Below are positions 1 through 9,458 of a stretch of DNA of 64,000 bases, piece by piece (the first letter of the stretch is position 1; each line of letters begins with the position of its first letter). The translations under genes were made by a program, and so were the position numbers. The DNA lies in sequence record NC_028829.1; one strand, written 5' to 3'. The notes beneath the pieces were generated by a model. It worked only from the letters and a program-made list of their open reading frames with translations. It was not told where the DNA came from and searched no databases.

Positions 1-464
1 TCATCTGCAACAACTGTGATGAAATCATCATTACAAAACACAACTGTTGCTTCTTCTTGTCTCGGCTCGAATTGACAGTTCAAGTATACGTCAATCGTGT
101 CACCTTCGTTGATACGAACATATTCCATCTTCGTTTCAATCGTTTCTTTATTGTATGACAGCACACCGTCGTGATTAAACAATTCTTGAAACGTTTCTCG
201 TTCTTCAAAACGTGAAATGATACCAAAGCTAGAATTATCGCTGACTCGACTGCCTTGAACAATAAACGTCAAAGAACTCATATAATCATACAAAACACAG
301 TCGCCAGTTTCGTCTTGATATATAAATCGAGCATCTATAGTATCACTCGCACTTAAACTCAAGCTGCTACTACTCATAGGTTCGACGTATACTCTAACAT
401 CTTTACCAATTTCTAAAGCTGTCGGCGTGTATGTAGGTATTCTTCGTTCTTTTTGCGTAAACAT
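1..464 (-). CDS. Hypothetical protein, 3'-truncated by the window edge (MFTQKERRIPTYTPT..., >=154 aa); absent from the ORF track
   Basis: ATG at 464-462 preceded by GGAGT; I read the frame as open to position 1; starts 1 nt after the upstream stop. Confidence 0.75.
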   Translation of the reverse strand, partial: MFTQKERRIPTYTPTALEIGKDVRVYVEPMSSSSLSLSASDTIDARFIYQDETGDCVLYDYMSSLTFIVQGSRVSDNSSFGIISRFEERETFQELFNHDGVLSYNKETIETKMEYVRINEGDTIDVYLNCQFEPRQEEATVVFCNDDFITVVAD

Positions 465-465
465 T

Positions 466-882
466 TTAAAACTCCCAATTTATTTTAGACGTGTGACCAT
501 GTACTAACGTCCAACAGCCGCCCCGAACCCATTGACCAGACAACTTACGGCGATAGTATTTGCCACCCGTTGATGTCGTGATCATCTTCATTGTTTTTGA
601 AATCTTCGTGATTACACCGTCGGGATGACTGTCACCATTGAAACAATAGCTAACTGCATCACCTACACGTGGCTTTTTGATAATATCAAAGCGCGGCAAG
701 CAACCTGAACCTGCGTCCACAACCATGTATAGATCTTGGTCGAGCATGTTGCAGACTTCAGTAACTCGCTCTAATGTTTTCCAATCTCGTCGAGATTCAA
801 CAGTGTGACCCTCTTGGCGGCACTTTTTAGCTACTGAGTGTTCGTCGATAACGCTGCAAGTTGTCAAGTTGATGTATAGCAT
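466..882 (-). CDS. Hypothetical early protein (138 aa, probable start MLYINL...)
   Basis: ORF 466..936; ATG at 882 has a GAGAGAG SD-like motif and lies downstream of a sigma70-type promoter. Confidence 0.75.
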   Translation of the reverse strand: MLYINLTTCSVIDEHSVAKKCRQEGHTVESRRDWKTLERVTEVCNMLDQDLYMVVDAGSGCLPRFDIIKKPRVGDAVSYCFNGDSHPDGVITKISKTMKMITTSTGGKYYRRKLSGQWVRGGCWTLVHGHTSKINWEF

Positions 883-925
883 AATTTTTCTCTCTCTGTT
901 AGTCGATATCGTCTCGATGAAGTTA

Positions 926-954
926 ATATTACGCACTTATGATTCGTGTTGCAA
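926..954 (-). promoter_or_regulatory. sigma70-like early promoter TTGCAA-N17-TAATAT
   Basis: Read on the minus strand, between the nrdD terminator and the next ORF. Confidence 0.65.
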
Positions 955-970
955 CCTTTTTCTTCGTCAA

Positions 971-996
971 AAACAAAAAAAGCGCCCGAAGGCGCT
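971..996 (-). terminator. Rho-independent terminator after nrdD
   Basis: AGCGCC-TTCG-GGCGCT followed by a T run on the minus strand. Confidence 0.9.
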
Positions 997-999
997 TTC

Positions 1000-2835
1000 T
1001 CAACAGTGTTTAACTCGATTTTGCATTTCTACAGTCTTGCCGTGATTCCAACCACGAGCACCCGGGTTACCGAGATAGCCGCAGACACGTCTCGTTACAT
1101 TGAGCTTTTCAGGGTCGCGTTCACCGCAAACAGGACAAGAATAACCCAGTGAATCACCATGAGCTTCACCAGACCAACCACACGTACACTGATCAATCGG
1201 GGTATTCGTACCGAAGTAAGCTACTTTAGTGTAAGCATAATCCCATACGCGCTCTAGACCTTTGATGTTGTCTCGCATATTCGGGAACTCAGCATAACAG
1301 ATGAAACCACCGTTTGCATGAATTGGGTATGCAGCTTCAAAATCAATTTTCTCAAATGGGTTCACTTTCTTGAACACGTCTAAGTGAAACGAGTTTGTGT
1401 AATAGTCTTTGTCATTGATACCTGTAATAACACCGTATTTCTCTTGGTCGAGACGACAGAAACGATCACATAGCGATTCACTTGGTGTACTGTACAGACT
1501 GAAACCGTAGCCCGTCAGTTCTTTCCATGCATCGGTGTACGCTCTAAGAGTTTCCACAATCTTTTCAGCGAGGAATTGTTTGTGTTGTGACTCAAACGTA
1601 TGCATGTCTTTATCTGGCGAAAGCAACGTTACTGCTTCGTGTAACCCGATATAACCAAGCGAGATACTTGAACGACCGTGTTTGAAAACTTCACTGACTT
1701 TATCAGTTGGCTTCAAGCGTACGCCCATTGCACCTTCACAGTATAGAATTGGAGCAACTGATGCAGTTACATCATCAAAACGCTTAATACGCAACATCAA
1801 TGCTTCGTAAGCTAGTTTACAACGCTCGTGTAAGATCTCGAAGAAGCGTTCAGTATCACCCGATGCTTCAATAGCAATACGCGGGATATTGATTGAGACG
1901 ACGCCTAAGTTATTACGACCATCGAATACCGTTTCACCATCTTCGTTCTTCCAGTCACCCAAGAATGAGCGACAGCCCATTGGAGACTTAAACCCACCAG
2001 TCGTTTCAACTAGTTTGTCATAGTTCAAAATGTCTGGGTACATACGCTTACTTGCACATTCAAGAGCTAACTTTTTGATGCCGTAGCACGGGTCGCCTTC
2101 TTTCAGATTCACGCCGTCTCTCAATGTGAAAACAAGCTTAGGGAAAATAGCAGTTTTCTTAGTCTTACCTAGACCTGCAATACGATTCTGAAGAATACTT
2201 TTTTGAATAAGTTTTTCTTCCCACGACGTACCTAACCCGAAGTTGATTGTCGTGAATGGTGTCTGACCGTTTGAAGTCTGCATCGTATTGACTTGATATT
2301 CAAACGTCTGGAATGCATCGAACGTTTCCTTTTCAACACGCTTTCGTGCAAAGATAGCAGCTTTAGAATCAGAGTCGGGATGTTCTTCTCGACCTACTTC
2401 GAGCCATTTATAATATGACTTACGAACATAAGGTGCTAGGACTTCGTCGATTCTATTGATCGTGTTACCGCCGTAGATATGGCTACTTACTTGCTGAATA
2501 ATCTGAGTTACAACAGTGGCAGCAGTGCTAATACTGTTTGGTTCTTCGATTTCAGCATTACCCATTTTGAAGCCGCCTTCAAACATGCCTTTGATATCAA
2601 TAAGCATACAGTTGAATTGCGGGAATAATGGACTGTAGTCAAGGTCATGAAAATGAATATCGCCGTCGATATGTGCATCTGCAATATGCTTCGGTAGATA
2701 GTCTTCAAGTGCGTAATGTTTCGACACTGTGCCAGCTACTAAGTCACGCATTGTAGGGATTACTTTCGAATCTTTATTTGCATTCTCTTTGTTGTTACCC
2801 GAACCGCTAACAATGTCTAAAATGTCGTGTTTCAT
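1000..2835 (-). CDS. nrdD: Anaerobic (class III) ribonucleotide reductase, large subunit
   Basis: SPMGCRSFL, NLGVVSINIPRIA, C-terminal CxC/CxxC and glycyl-radical motif RRVCGYL; 611 aa, no intron. Confidence 0.97.
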   Translation of the reverse strand: MKHDILDIVSGSGNNKENANKDSKVIPTMRDLVAGTVSKHYALEDYLPKHIADAHIDGDIHFHDLDYSPLFPQFNCMLIDIKGMFEGGFKMGNAEIEEPNSISTAATVVTQIIQQVSSHIYGGNTINRIDEVLAPYVRKSYYKWLEVGREEHPDSDSKAAIFARKRVEKETFDAFQTFEYQVNTMQTSNGQTPFTTINFGLGTSWEEKLIQKSILQNRIAGLGKTKKTAIFPKLVFTLRDGVNLKEGDPCYGIKKLALECASKRMYPDILNYDKLVETTGGFKSPMGCRSFLGDWKNEDGETVFDGRNNLGVVSINIPRIAIEASGDTERFFEILHERCKLAYEALMLRIKRFDDVTASVAPILYCEGAMGVRLKPTDKVSEVFKHGRSSISLGYIGLHEAVTLLSPDKDMHTFESQHKQFLAEKIVETLRAYTDAWKELTGYGFSLYSTPSESLCDRFCRLDQEKYGVITGINDKDYYTNSFHLDVFKKVNPFEKIDFEAAYPIHANGGFICYAEFPNMRDNIKGLERVWDYAYTKVAYFGTNTPIDQCTCGWSGEAHGDSLGYSCPVCGERDPEKLNVTRRVCGYLGNPGARGWNHGKTVEMQNRVKHC

Positions 2836-3081
2836 TCATTCCTCTTCTAACAATTTGTCGATGCGAGATAAGACGCTCACACCCTCGCCTAGACATTCGC
2901 CATTGTAAAACGCTATTGGGTGGGCAATATAACCATCATCTTCAGCGATTTTCTGAAGTTCTTTATAGCGTTCACTAGGAACAAATGCGTCATAAAAAAT
3001 ATGTTTAATGTTTCTATCATTTAGCGAGTCGCACAACTTGCGACAAGCTAAACAATATTTTGACCCGATAATCTCTACCAA
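2836..3081 (-). CDS. Glutaredoxin/NrdH-like redoxin
   Basis: 81 aa, N-terminal CLAC (CxxC), HPIAF cis-Pro-like motif, adjacent to nrdD. Confidence 0.75.
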   Translation of the reverse strand: MVEIIGSKYCLACRKLCDSLNDRNIKHIFYDAFVPSERYKELQKIAEDDGYIAHPIAFYNGECLGEGVSVLSRIDKLLEEE

Positions 3082-4475
3082 TTTACCGCCTCTGCTTTCT
3101 GCGTCTGTTCTTTCTTCTGCGCGAAAGGAGTCGCCGATTGCGTTTGAGATTGAGCAGGCGCCGTATAACTCGCAGTACCATCTACATCACCCCAACGTTG
3201 TTTACCTTTGTTAACAGCAATCATAAATGTCTGGTCTTGGTTACGGTCAGCATAACGAGACTTAATCTGTTTCACTCGTTGTTGCCCGAGCGCGACAGTT
3301 TCTTCAGTTTCCATAATACCGAGAATCAAGTCAGCAGTATGAGCAAGACCAGCCGATTCAGCAATATCACCCATTCCCATGTCACTTGCATCCCATGCGT
3401 TACGTGTAGTCTGAGCAGCAGACCAAACAGCAACGTTATGTTCAACAGCAAAACCACGAATTTCTTCAGCAATAGCTTTAACGTGAACGTATGTATTTTC
3501 TGAACTTGCAACACGTGAACTTGCACAGATACCAAGATAATCGACAATCACAATGTCTGGGATTACGTCTTTCTTGGTGCGAAGCTCATTCATCAACGTA
3601 TTGAAGTGAGTTACATTCGCGCCCGCAGTCGGGAACTGTTTAATGAATAATTTACCTTGAGTTTTCTTCTCAAGATTCTGAATCTTAGTGCCGTATGTTT
3701 TTTCAGTAATAGTATCGAAATCGTCCATACTGATGTCCATTAAGTTGGCATCAATACGCTTCGACACTGCCGCTTCACTCATTTCCATACTGATGTATAG
3801 AACGTTGTAGCCTTGTAGAAGATACTCAGTTGCTAAATGACACAACGCAAGTGATTTACCCACGTTAGAACCCGCTAGAAGTAGGTTCAGAGTACTTCTT
3901 TCAACACCACCTTGAGTGATCTTGTTTAAAATGTTCATTTTGAATGGGATTTTTGCTGCTTTCTCGATATACGATTTGTATCGAGGTTCCCAATCTGCAA
4001 AATAATCATGACCAACTGATGTGTCAAAACAAACGTTCAATGCATCACGCATCAAATCGGGAATCGCACCAAGCGTTTTCATTCGTTTGTTTTGTTGATC
4101 AAGTGGTTTAGCTGCATTCTCTTGAATAGCAAGTGATTCACTAAGCGCGTTAAAAACGCTCTGTTCGATACAGAACTGTTCAGTCGTGTCAATCAACCAT
4201 CTCAGGTCGTGACTCGGGTGAGGTTCTAGTTCATTTATTGTTTGTTGTATCTCTGCATAGTCGTATTCACTAATCCCTGTCAATGACTCAAGACATACTT
4301 TCAAAACTTCAGGGGTCGCACGACGTTTGTACTCGTCTGCGTGGTTCTTAATCATCATAAAGATATGCTGATGAGCAGTTGACTGAAAGTATTCTTTTTT
4401 CAAGTGAGGGATTACGGTAGCAAAGTACTCTTGATTTTCGATAAGATTTGAGAAAATCGACTTCTCGATTTGCAT
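3075..4475 (-). CDS. 41: Replicative DNA helicase gp41
   Basis: Walker A GSNVGKS, IVDYLGI, ESAGLAHTAD, KSRY motifs; T4 synteny uvsX-40-41. Confidence 0.96.
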   Translation of the reverse strand: MQIEKSIFSNLIENQEYFATVIPHLKKEYFQSTAHQHIFMMIKNHADEYKRRATPEVLKVCLESLTGISEYDYAEIQQTINELEPHPSHDLRWLIDTTEQFCIEQSVFNALSESLAIQENAAKPLDQQNKRMKTLGAIPDLMRDALNVCFDTSVGHDYFADWEPRYKSYIEKAAKIPFKMNILNKITQGGVERSTLNLLLAGSNVGKSLALCHLATEYLLQGYNVLYISMEMSEAAVSKRIDANLMDISMDDFDTITEKTYGTKIQNLEKKTQGKLFIKQFPTAGANVTHFNTLMNELRTKKDVIPDIVIVDYLGICASSRVASSENTYVHVKAIAEEIRGFAVEHNVAVWSAAQTTRNAWDASDMGMGDIAESAGLAHTADLILGIMETEETVALGQQRVKQIKSRYADRNQDQTFMIAVNKGKQRWGDVDGTASYTAPAQSQTQSATPFAQKKEQTQKAEAVNW

Positions 4476-4714
4476 TGTTCTTTTACCCCATTCTTGTTCT
4501 GTTCTTCACGAATAAGTTTCATAATACACGCCTCAACATGCGGACGAATTTGTTCTTCTTTGTCTGGATGTTGAGTTACAAATTCAATTTTGAGTCTGCC
4601 GCTATTATCTACTAGAATGTCAGTAATATAAACTTCAATATCGTCAATCATTATACTAAATTTCACGCGCTCTTGAAGCTCGGTTAGCATTTCTGTTACT
4701 TGGTTCGGAGTCAT
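4412..4714 (-). CDS. 40: Head vertex assembly chaperone gp40 (probable start MTPNQV...)
   Basis: Position between uvsX and 41; PHVEACI resembles T4 gp40; ATG just after the uvsX terminator. Confidence 0.75.
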   Translation of the reverse strand: MTPNQVTEMLTELQERVKFSIMIDDIEVYITDILVDNSGRLKIEFVTQHPDKEEQIRPHVEACIMKLIREEQNKNGVKEQCKSRSRFSQILSKIKSTLLP

Positions 4715-4736
4715 ACGATTCGTCCCGTCTAAGGTG

Positions 4737-4759
4737 AAAAAGACCCGCAATTAAGCGGG
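4737..4759 (-). terminator. Terminator after uvsX
   Basis: CCCGC-TTAATT-GCGGG followed by TCTTTTT on the minus strand. Confidence 0.75.
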
Positions 4760-4768
4760 CCAGTATCG

Positions 4769-5869
4769 TTAATCGAATAAGCTATCGATTTCATCATTCA
4801 ATTCAGACTCGTCTAACTGACCTAAGCAGTAAAGTCGTTTCACGCCTTCTTTGAAAGTCGGTGAATTGATGATGTCTTTCCAGAAAGAAAGCGTTTGTGT
4901 TTCTTTCGCTCGATATTTCTTTTCTTCGACGATCATTTCGCCAGTTTCTTCATCAACAGTTGCACGTTGATACCAACCATTAGATGGTTTAACAACATGA
5001 CCGGTTTGAAGTGCAATATCAAGTAGACCAGAGAACATATCGATACCGTTTTCGTATGTAACCGTCAACGGAACTTTCATCTTCTCTTTCACGAAACGTG
5101 ATTTCTCGATATTCATAATGAAGTGATAGCCGACAATCTCTTTGCCGTCTTTTTCTTGCTGTTTACCAAGAATGATTACCGTATCAGCAGAGTACATGAT
5201 ACCCGTACCGCCAGACATGACAGTTTTAGAGTACATTTCTTGAGTTTGATACGTGTGGTTGATCGCGATACAAGGAATATCGAGCATTGTGAAATATGGT
5301 GTGATGATACGGAACAATGATTTCAATTGTTTCGCACGAGACATATCAGCAACTGACTTTTCGTTTTGCGCGTCATCGATTTCTTTTGCAGAAGCAACGT
5401 TACCTACCGAGTCAATAAAGAAAATTACGCGGTCTGGTTCGTCACCCGCTTTCTTAGCTCGCTTACGTTCTGCAAGGTCTTTAAGCTGATTCGCCATTTC
5501 GAATTTCATACGCTCAACGCTCTCACATTGTATATGAAGAACACGGTCTGGGTCAACACCTTGTGAGCGCAAATAAGACGGTGTGATACCGAATTCTGTA
5601 TCAATGAATACACAAATTGCCTCAGGGTATTTCTTCAAGTAAGCAGCTACGCCAACTAGACCCAAGTTCGATTTAAAGTGCTTTGACGGTCCCGCTAGTA
5701 CTGTCAACCCAGAAGTTAAACCACCATCTACTTCACCACTAAAAGCAATGTTAATCGCAGGCACGTAAGTACGTGTATGATCTTTTTCGAACATAAACTG
5801 ACTTTCTGATAACACTTGTGCGTAACCAGATGTGCTTGATTTTTTCAACGATTTCATTAAATCTGACAT
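4769..5869 (-). CDS. uvsX: RecA-like recombinase UvsX
   Basis: AGPSKHFKS Walker A, DSVGN, SGGTGIMYSAD. Confidence 0.97.
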   Translation of the reverse strand: MSDLMKSLKKSSTSGYAQVLSESQFMFEKDHTRTYVPAINIAFSGEVDGGLTSGLTVLAGPSKHFKSNLGLVGVAAYLKKYPEAICVFIDTEFGITPSYLRSQGVDPDRVLHIQCESVERMKFEMANQLKDLAERKRAKKAGDEPDRVIFFIDSVGNVASAKEIDDAQNEKSVADMSRAKQLKSLFRIITPYFTMLDIPCIAINHTYQTQEMYSKTVMSGGTGIMYSADTVIILGKQQEKDGKEIVGYHFIMNIEKSRFVKEKMKVPLTVTYENGIDMFSGLLDIALQTGHVVKPSNGWYQRATVDEETGEMIVEEKKYRAKETQTLSFWKDIINSPTFKEGVKRLYCLGQLDESELNDEIDSLFD

Positions 5870-5890
5870 TATTTTACCTTCTAACTAAGA

Positions 5891-5915
5891 AAGGAGCAGC
5901 AAAATGCTACCCCTT
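5891..5915 (-). terminator. Hairpin or probable terminator after the ClpP-like gene
   Basis: AAGGGGTAGC-ATTTT-GCTGCTCCTT, 10-bp stem with two G-U pairs on the minus strand. Confidence 0.55.
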
Positions 5916-5935
5916 AAATTACAACTGAGATTAAA

Positions 5936-6652
5936 TTAAGCTTTCTTTGCAGCACGCTTGCGTTTTGGCTTTGCGGGCTCATCTTCAACTTCTTCATCTT
6001 CAGGGTCGACCTTTAGTTTGCGAAGCTCTTCAGCTACGCGCTCTTGAATCTGCTCTTCAAGTTGAGATTCGATATCACCTGCAAGTTGAGCTTCAGCTTC
6101 TTTCATTTCATCTTCGAACTTCTTCGACATTTCTTGAAGACGTTCTGTAACCTCTTCTGGCGTCAGCCACAAGTCTTGGTTATGGTTGATGATTTCGTCG
6201 ATCTCGTCAGCATCAAAGAACGGTTCATAAAGAAGACCACATACGCGGTTTAAATGCTCTTCGTGAGATTTAGCCTGTTTCAACGTGTCTGGCATTTTAC
6301 CGATTTGACCGCCGCTCGATGTATGGAACATGAACGTTGCAAATGGGGATACGTGCCAACCATTACAAGCTAAGAAAATCATTGTACCTGCGCTGCACAC
6401 TTCACCCTCTGCGCACGCGATGACTGCACCTGCTTTAGATTGCATAATTGCATCACAGATTTGACATGCAGCATAGAAGTTACCACCAGGTGTATTCAAG
6501 TGCAAGTAAATCACGTCTGTTTCGGACGCCGTATGCAGAATTTGAAGCATTTCTTCATAATCATTCGGCTCTTCAATCGCACCGTTGATGTAGAAATCAT
6601 GACGTACAGAACCAGCCCCTGCGTACCATCCAATGTTATTTTTAAAAATCAT
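5936..6652 (-). CDS. clpP: ClpP-like serine protease with an acidic/basic C-terminal extension
   Basis: LNTPGG, VCSAG (catalytic Ser), FMFH (catalytic His), DLWLTPEE. Confidence 0.85.
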   Translation of the reverse strand: MIFKNNIGWYAGAGSVRHDFYINGAIEEPNDYEEMLQILHTASETDVIYLHLNTPGGNFYAACQICDAIMQSKAGAVIACAEGEVCSAGTMIFLACNGWHVSPFATFMFHTSSGGQIGKMPDTLKQAKSHEEHLNRVCGLLYEPFFDADEIDEIINHNQDLWLTPEEVTERLQEMSKKFEDEMKEAEAQLAGDIESQLEEQIQERVAEELRKLKVDPEDEEVEDEPAKPKRKRAAKKA

Positions 6653-7194
6653 AAGTCACCCTTTGTTAACTTTTCGATGAAAATCGTAGAGCCGTTCTGG
6701 CATTCGACGATCTCTGATTCCCCGTTGTGTGGGAAATACCAGAAAATTTTAGTTAAATCAATCGTAACGTCGTACGCTTCGATTTCATCAACGATTGTAG
6801 TTTTATATATGTGGTCTGCAAAAGGTAATGCAGACTCGATAACACTAGGGCCACCGATAACACTTATTTTATCAAAACCTTCTATCAGATAAACATTTTC
6901 GATGTTCTTAATCAGGTCTTGAAAGGAGTCACACTTGCAGTAAACATCGGCTTTTTGACCGTTTTTTGCAGTCGCTGTATCGCTGCTACTGAGCACAACG
7001 TGCGGGCGGTCTGCTAGTTTACCGGGAAGTGATTCGAATGTCTTAGAGCCCATTACAAGCACGCTATTCATAGTAACTGCTTTAAATCGAGCCAAGTCTT
7101 CTTTGTTATGTTTCCAAGGGAGTTTGTTTTGATTGCCGAAGGGCGCGTGTGGGGATTTACTCATACCGTGAGCGAAAACGATTTGAACTTTCAT
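6649..7194 (-). CDS. frd: Dihydrofolate reductase
   Basis: LPWK...EDLARFK, VMGSKTFESL, VIGG. Confidence 0.95.
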   Translation of the reverse strand: MKVQIVFAHGMSKSPHAPFGNQNKLPWKHNKEDLARFKAVTMNSVLVMGSKTFESLPGKLADRPHVVLSSSDTATAKNGQKADVYCKCDSFQDLIKNIENVYLIEGFDKISVIGGPSVIESALPFADHIYKTTIVDEIEAYDVTIDLTKIFWYFPHNGESEIVECQNGSTIFIEKLTKGDL

Positions 7195-7215
7195 TTAATC
7201 TCCTATAAAGAGAAC

Positions 7216-7237
7216 AAAGGGGCAATTAAGCCCCTTT
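7216..7237 (-). terminator. Terminator after gene 32
   Basis: Perfect stem AAAGGGGC/GCCCCTTT with a 6-nt loop. Confidence 0.8.
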
Positions 7238-7243
7238 AAATCA

Positions 7244-8170
7244 TTACTCGTCTAGCTCTAGGTCAGCTAGTAGTGCGTCTAGCTCGTCATCGACAGAATC
7301 AGTCACTGCCTCTTGTGAAGCAGGAGTGTCGTCAGTGTCGATAGTTGCGCTTGGTTTAGCAACTGTACGAGGTGCATTTGCTTGAGCAGGAGCACCAGTG
7401 TTCAGTTGAGCTTCAAGATTTTGAGCAGCCGTAGATGCTTTAGACTGAGCAGCGCCAGTCACTTGAAGAAAACGCTTCTGAAGGTCAGCTTCAGATTTAA
7501 ACGCAGACGGTGCAATGATTGCGTTTAGGTCGTGCATTTGGTCCCAGACTTCTTTCAGTTTAGCTTCGTCACCGCCGTATAGCTCAGTGCTTGGGCCGAA
7601 TTTAGAGTCGTCGTAGTTAGGGAAACCAGATACTTTCTTAGCTTTCAAGCTGAAGTTAGCACCATCGAATACACAAGTCACGTCCATGCCCGGTACACCT
7701 AGATCTTCATCTGCTTGAGCAGCTTGAGTGATCTTGTCAAGAATTTTCTTACCGAAACGGTATTTGAAAACTTTGCCTTCATTTTCTGGTGCAGCTTCAT
7801 CTTTGATTACAACGATGTTAGCCCAGTAAGAAAGAGTACGCTTGCGTTTACGTGCAATGTTTTGGTTATCTTCGTTTTCAGTTTTCCAAAGCTCGCCGTT
7901 AGCTTGGCAGCATGGACATGGAAGATCGATAGTCGAAGGACAGTTTTCGATGTACCAGTTACCGTTTTCTTTGAAACCGTGTGTGAAGATTTTTACAAAT
8001 GGTAGGTCGTCTTCGCCTTTAGCAGGCAGGAAGCGAATCACCGCAGAACCATTACCAAGCTTGTCAGTAGAAAGTTTCCACTCGTCAGCATTGTCGAATG
8101 ACTTTTTGCTTGACATTTGCTCTAGTTTTTCTTGAAGTTTTGCTGGAGATTTGCGTTTGAACATAGACAT
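7244..8170 (-). CDS. 32: Single-stranded DNA-binding protein gp32
   Basis: MFKRKS, AVIRFLP, HGFKENG.WYIENCPST...CPCC, KVFKYRFGKKI, acidic C-terminal tail. Confidence 0.97.
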   Translation of the reverse strand: MSMFKRKSPAKLQEKLEQMSSKKSFDNADEWKLSTDKLGNGSAVIRFLPAKGEDDLPFVKIFTHGFKENGNWYIENCPSTIDLPCPCCQANGELWKTENEDNQNIARKRKRTLSYWANIVVIKDEAAPENEGKVFKYRFGKKILDKITQAAQADEDLGVPGMDVTCVFDGANFSLKAKKVSGFPNYDDSKFGPSTELYGGDEAKLKEVWDQMHDLNAIIAPSAFKSEADLQKRFLQVTGAAQSKASTAAQNLEAQLNTGAPAQANAPRTVAKPSATIDTDDTPASQEAVTDSVDDELDALLADLELDE

Positions 8171-8171
8171 A

Positions 8172-8233
8172 TTGTATTTTACCTTGTATTTTATAGTATG
8201 ATATAGTATCGTATAGTGTGTTATTGTATTTTA
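8172..8233 (-). promoter_or_regulatory. Probable gp32 autogenous translational operator (unstructured A-rich repeats)
   Basis: TAAAATACAA x3 and three ACTATA units at 10-nt spacing in the gene 32 leader. Confidence 0.55.
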
Positions 8234-8874
8234 CTTTGATTTTTTATTTGAATAAACATTTCTTTAGCAAGAACTTCGTCGATTTTCAGCAACTTATCGT
8301 ATGCTAAAGCTCGTGTCTTGAACTCGTGCCAGAAGATATCGTCTCCGTAATCTTTGTCGATTACAGGTACGAAGTTCAATAATCTATTCAGAATTACGAA
8401 CGTCTCAATTGAGATAGTATTTCGTAACACGAGTTGCATTATAACGGGATGCCCTTCGCCTCTAAACAAATCTTTGAATTTTTTATTCTCTCTATTTATA
8501 AGAGTAAAAATCGAAAGTAGTTCATTTTTGTAGTGTTGACTGTAAATTTCCATAAATCCCGTATGTTTCAACCAGAATTCATGAGCGTCAGCACCTGCAA
8601 TCTCATAAGAAATCGCATTGGGGTTCGCTGCTAAGTTACTAACAAGCAACTGATAGCAATCATTCAATGTTAGCCGTTTGGCTAGCCGTTCAAAAAACAC
8701 CTTATCTGAACGCTTCTCGAACGCAGATCTAGGTGTTTTCATTCCGAGTTTATACTTGGAGATGTCGTACTTTCCGCCCATATGCGCCTTTACAGCACAA
8801 TAAACACGAAATACGCTATACCCATTGACCCAAGTCCGAGGCAGAACCAAATCGACTTCTAATAGTCTTTTCAT
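8221..8874 (-). CDS. 59: Helicase loader gp59
   Basis: 217 aa; KAHMGGKYDISKY, KRSDKVFFERL, ISIETFVIL align by eye with T4 gp59. Confidence 0.93.
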   Translation of the reverse strand: MKRLLEVDLVLPRTWVNGYSVFRVYCAVKAHMGGKYDISKYKLGMKTPRSAFEKRSDKVFFERLAKRLTLNDCYQLLVSNLAANPNAISYEIAGADAHEFWLKHTGFMEIYSQHYKNELLSIFTLINRENKKFKDLFRGEGHPVIMQLVLRNTISIETFVILNRLLNFVPVIDKDYGDDIFWHEFKTRALAYDKLLKIDEVLAKEMFIQIKNQSKIQ

Positions 8875-9112
8875 TTATCGCCTCAGTCTCAATTTTGTCT
8901 TTCAACGTCTGATTAATCAGATACGGGAAGCGACTAATGTCGTAATCGTATTGCTCAATGAAGAACAGACACGCTTCAAGATAGGTCATGGCGGGACAGC
9001 TATTATAAATCTCTTCAATTTCTAGAGAGATTTGCTGTCTAAGACTGCCTTTAATAGGCGGAACTAAATCACCAAGCTCTTCTTTTAAAACGTAGTTGTC
9101 TTTATTCATCAT
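8816..9112 (-). CDS. 33: Late transcription co-activator gp33
   Basis: TYLEAC...LKDKIETEAINE; position between dsbA and 59; start uncertain (9109-9124). Confidence 0.88.
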   Translation of the reverse strand: MMNKDNYVLKEELGDLVPPIKGSLRQQISLEIEEIYNSCPAMTYLEACLFFIEQYDYDISRFPYLINQTLKDKIETEAINEKTIRSRFGSASDLGQWV

Positions 9113-9383
9113 CTGCATCGTCAAAAAGCTTCTCGTATAGATTGTCTACCTTTTCATACTTCGCCTGTTCTTCTTGGCGGTTTTGTTTGTGATACATCTT
9201 CACAACTTTGTTGAAATCGGCAGGTTTGATTTCGAACTCTTCTTTTGCGCGATTCGCAATGTCTTTCATTAGATCGCGTTCAGAATCAATGCGCAACATG
9301 GAAGCAGACGCTTCTTTAACCATGTTAACTACTTCTTGCTTATCTTGCGGAGTAGAGATTGTTTCGTATTCAAGAATGTCCAT
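9102..9383 (-). CDS. dsbA: dsDNA-binding protein DsbA (T4 type)
   Basis: KDIANRAKEEFEI...FNKVVKMYHKQ; synteny rnh-dsbA-33-59-32. Confidence 0.9.
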   Translation of the reverse strand: MDILEYETISTPQDKQEVVNMVKEASASMLRIDSERDLMKDIANRAKEEFEIKPADFNKVVKMYHKQNRQEEQAKYEKVDNLYEKLFDDADDE

Positions 9384-9429
9384 CGTTACCTCAATATGTT
9401 TTGTTCAATGTCGTTGTTTCGTGCTGCTC

Positions 9430-9458
9430 ATTATACAGCAGCACATGTTGTTCTAAAC
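9430..9458 (-). promoter_or_regulatory. Promoter for dsbA: GTTTAG-N17-TATAAT, with the -10 enclosed by an 8-bp inverted repeat
   Basis: Read from sequence; an A-tract lies upstream of the -35. Confidence 0.65.

Noticed and set aside
80-262. 60-aa ORF in the track
   Set aside because: Out-of-frame shadow inside the real open-ended ORF 464..<1, which has the RBS.
1000-2835. Group I intron in nrdD, and seg/mob homing endonucleases at the T4 positions (uvsX, 59/32, 21/22, 5.1, uvsW)
   Set aside because: The ORFs are continuous and the intergenic gaps are too short; no GIY-YIG or HNH ORF seen.
936-3081. nrdG missing next to nrdD, and no ATP cone on NrdD
   Set aside because: T4-type NrdD normally lacks the cone, and nrdG may lie beyond the left edge; cannot be judged from this window.
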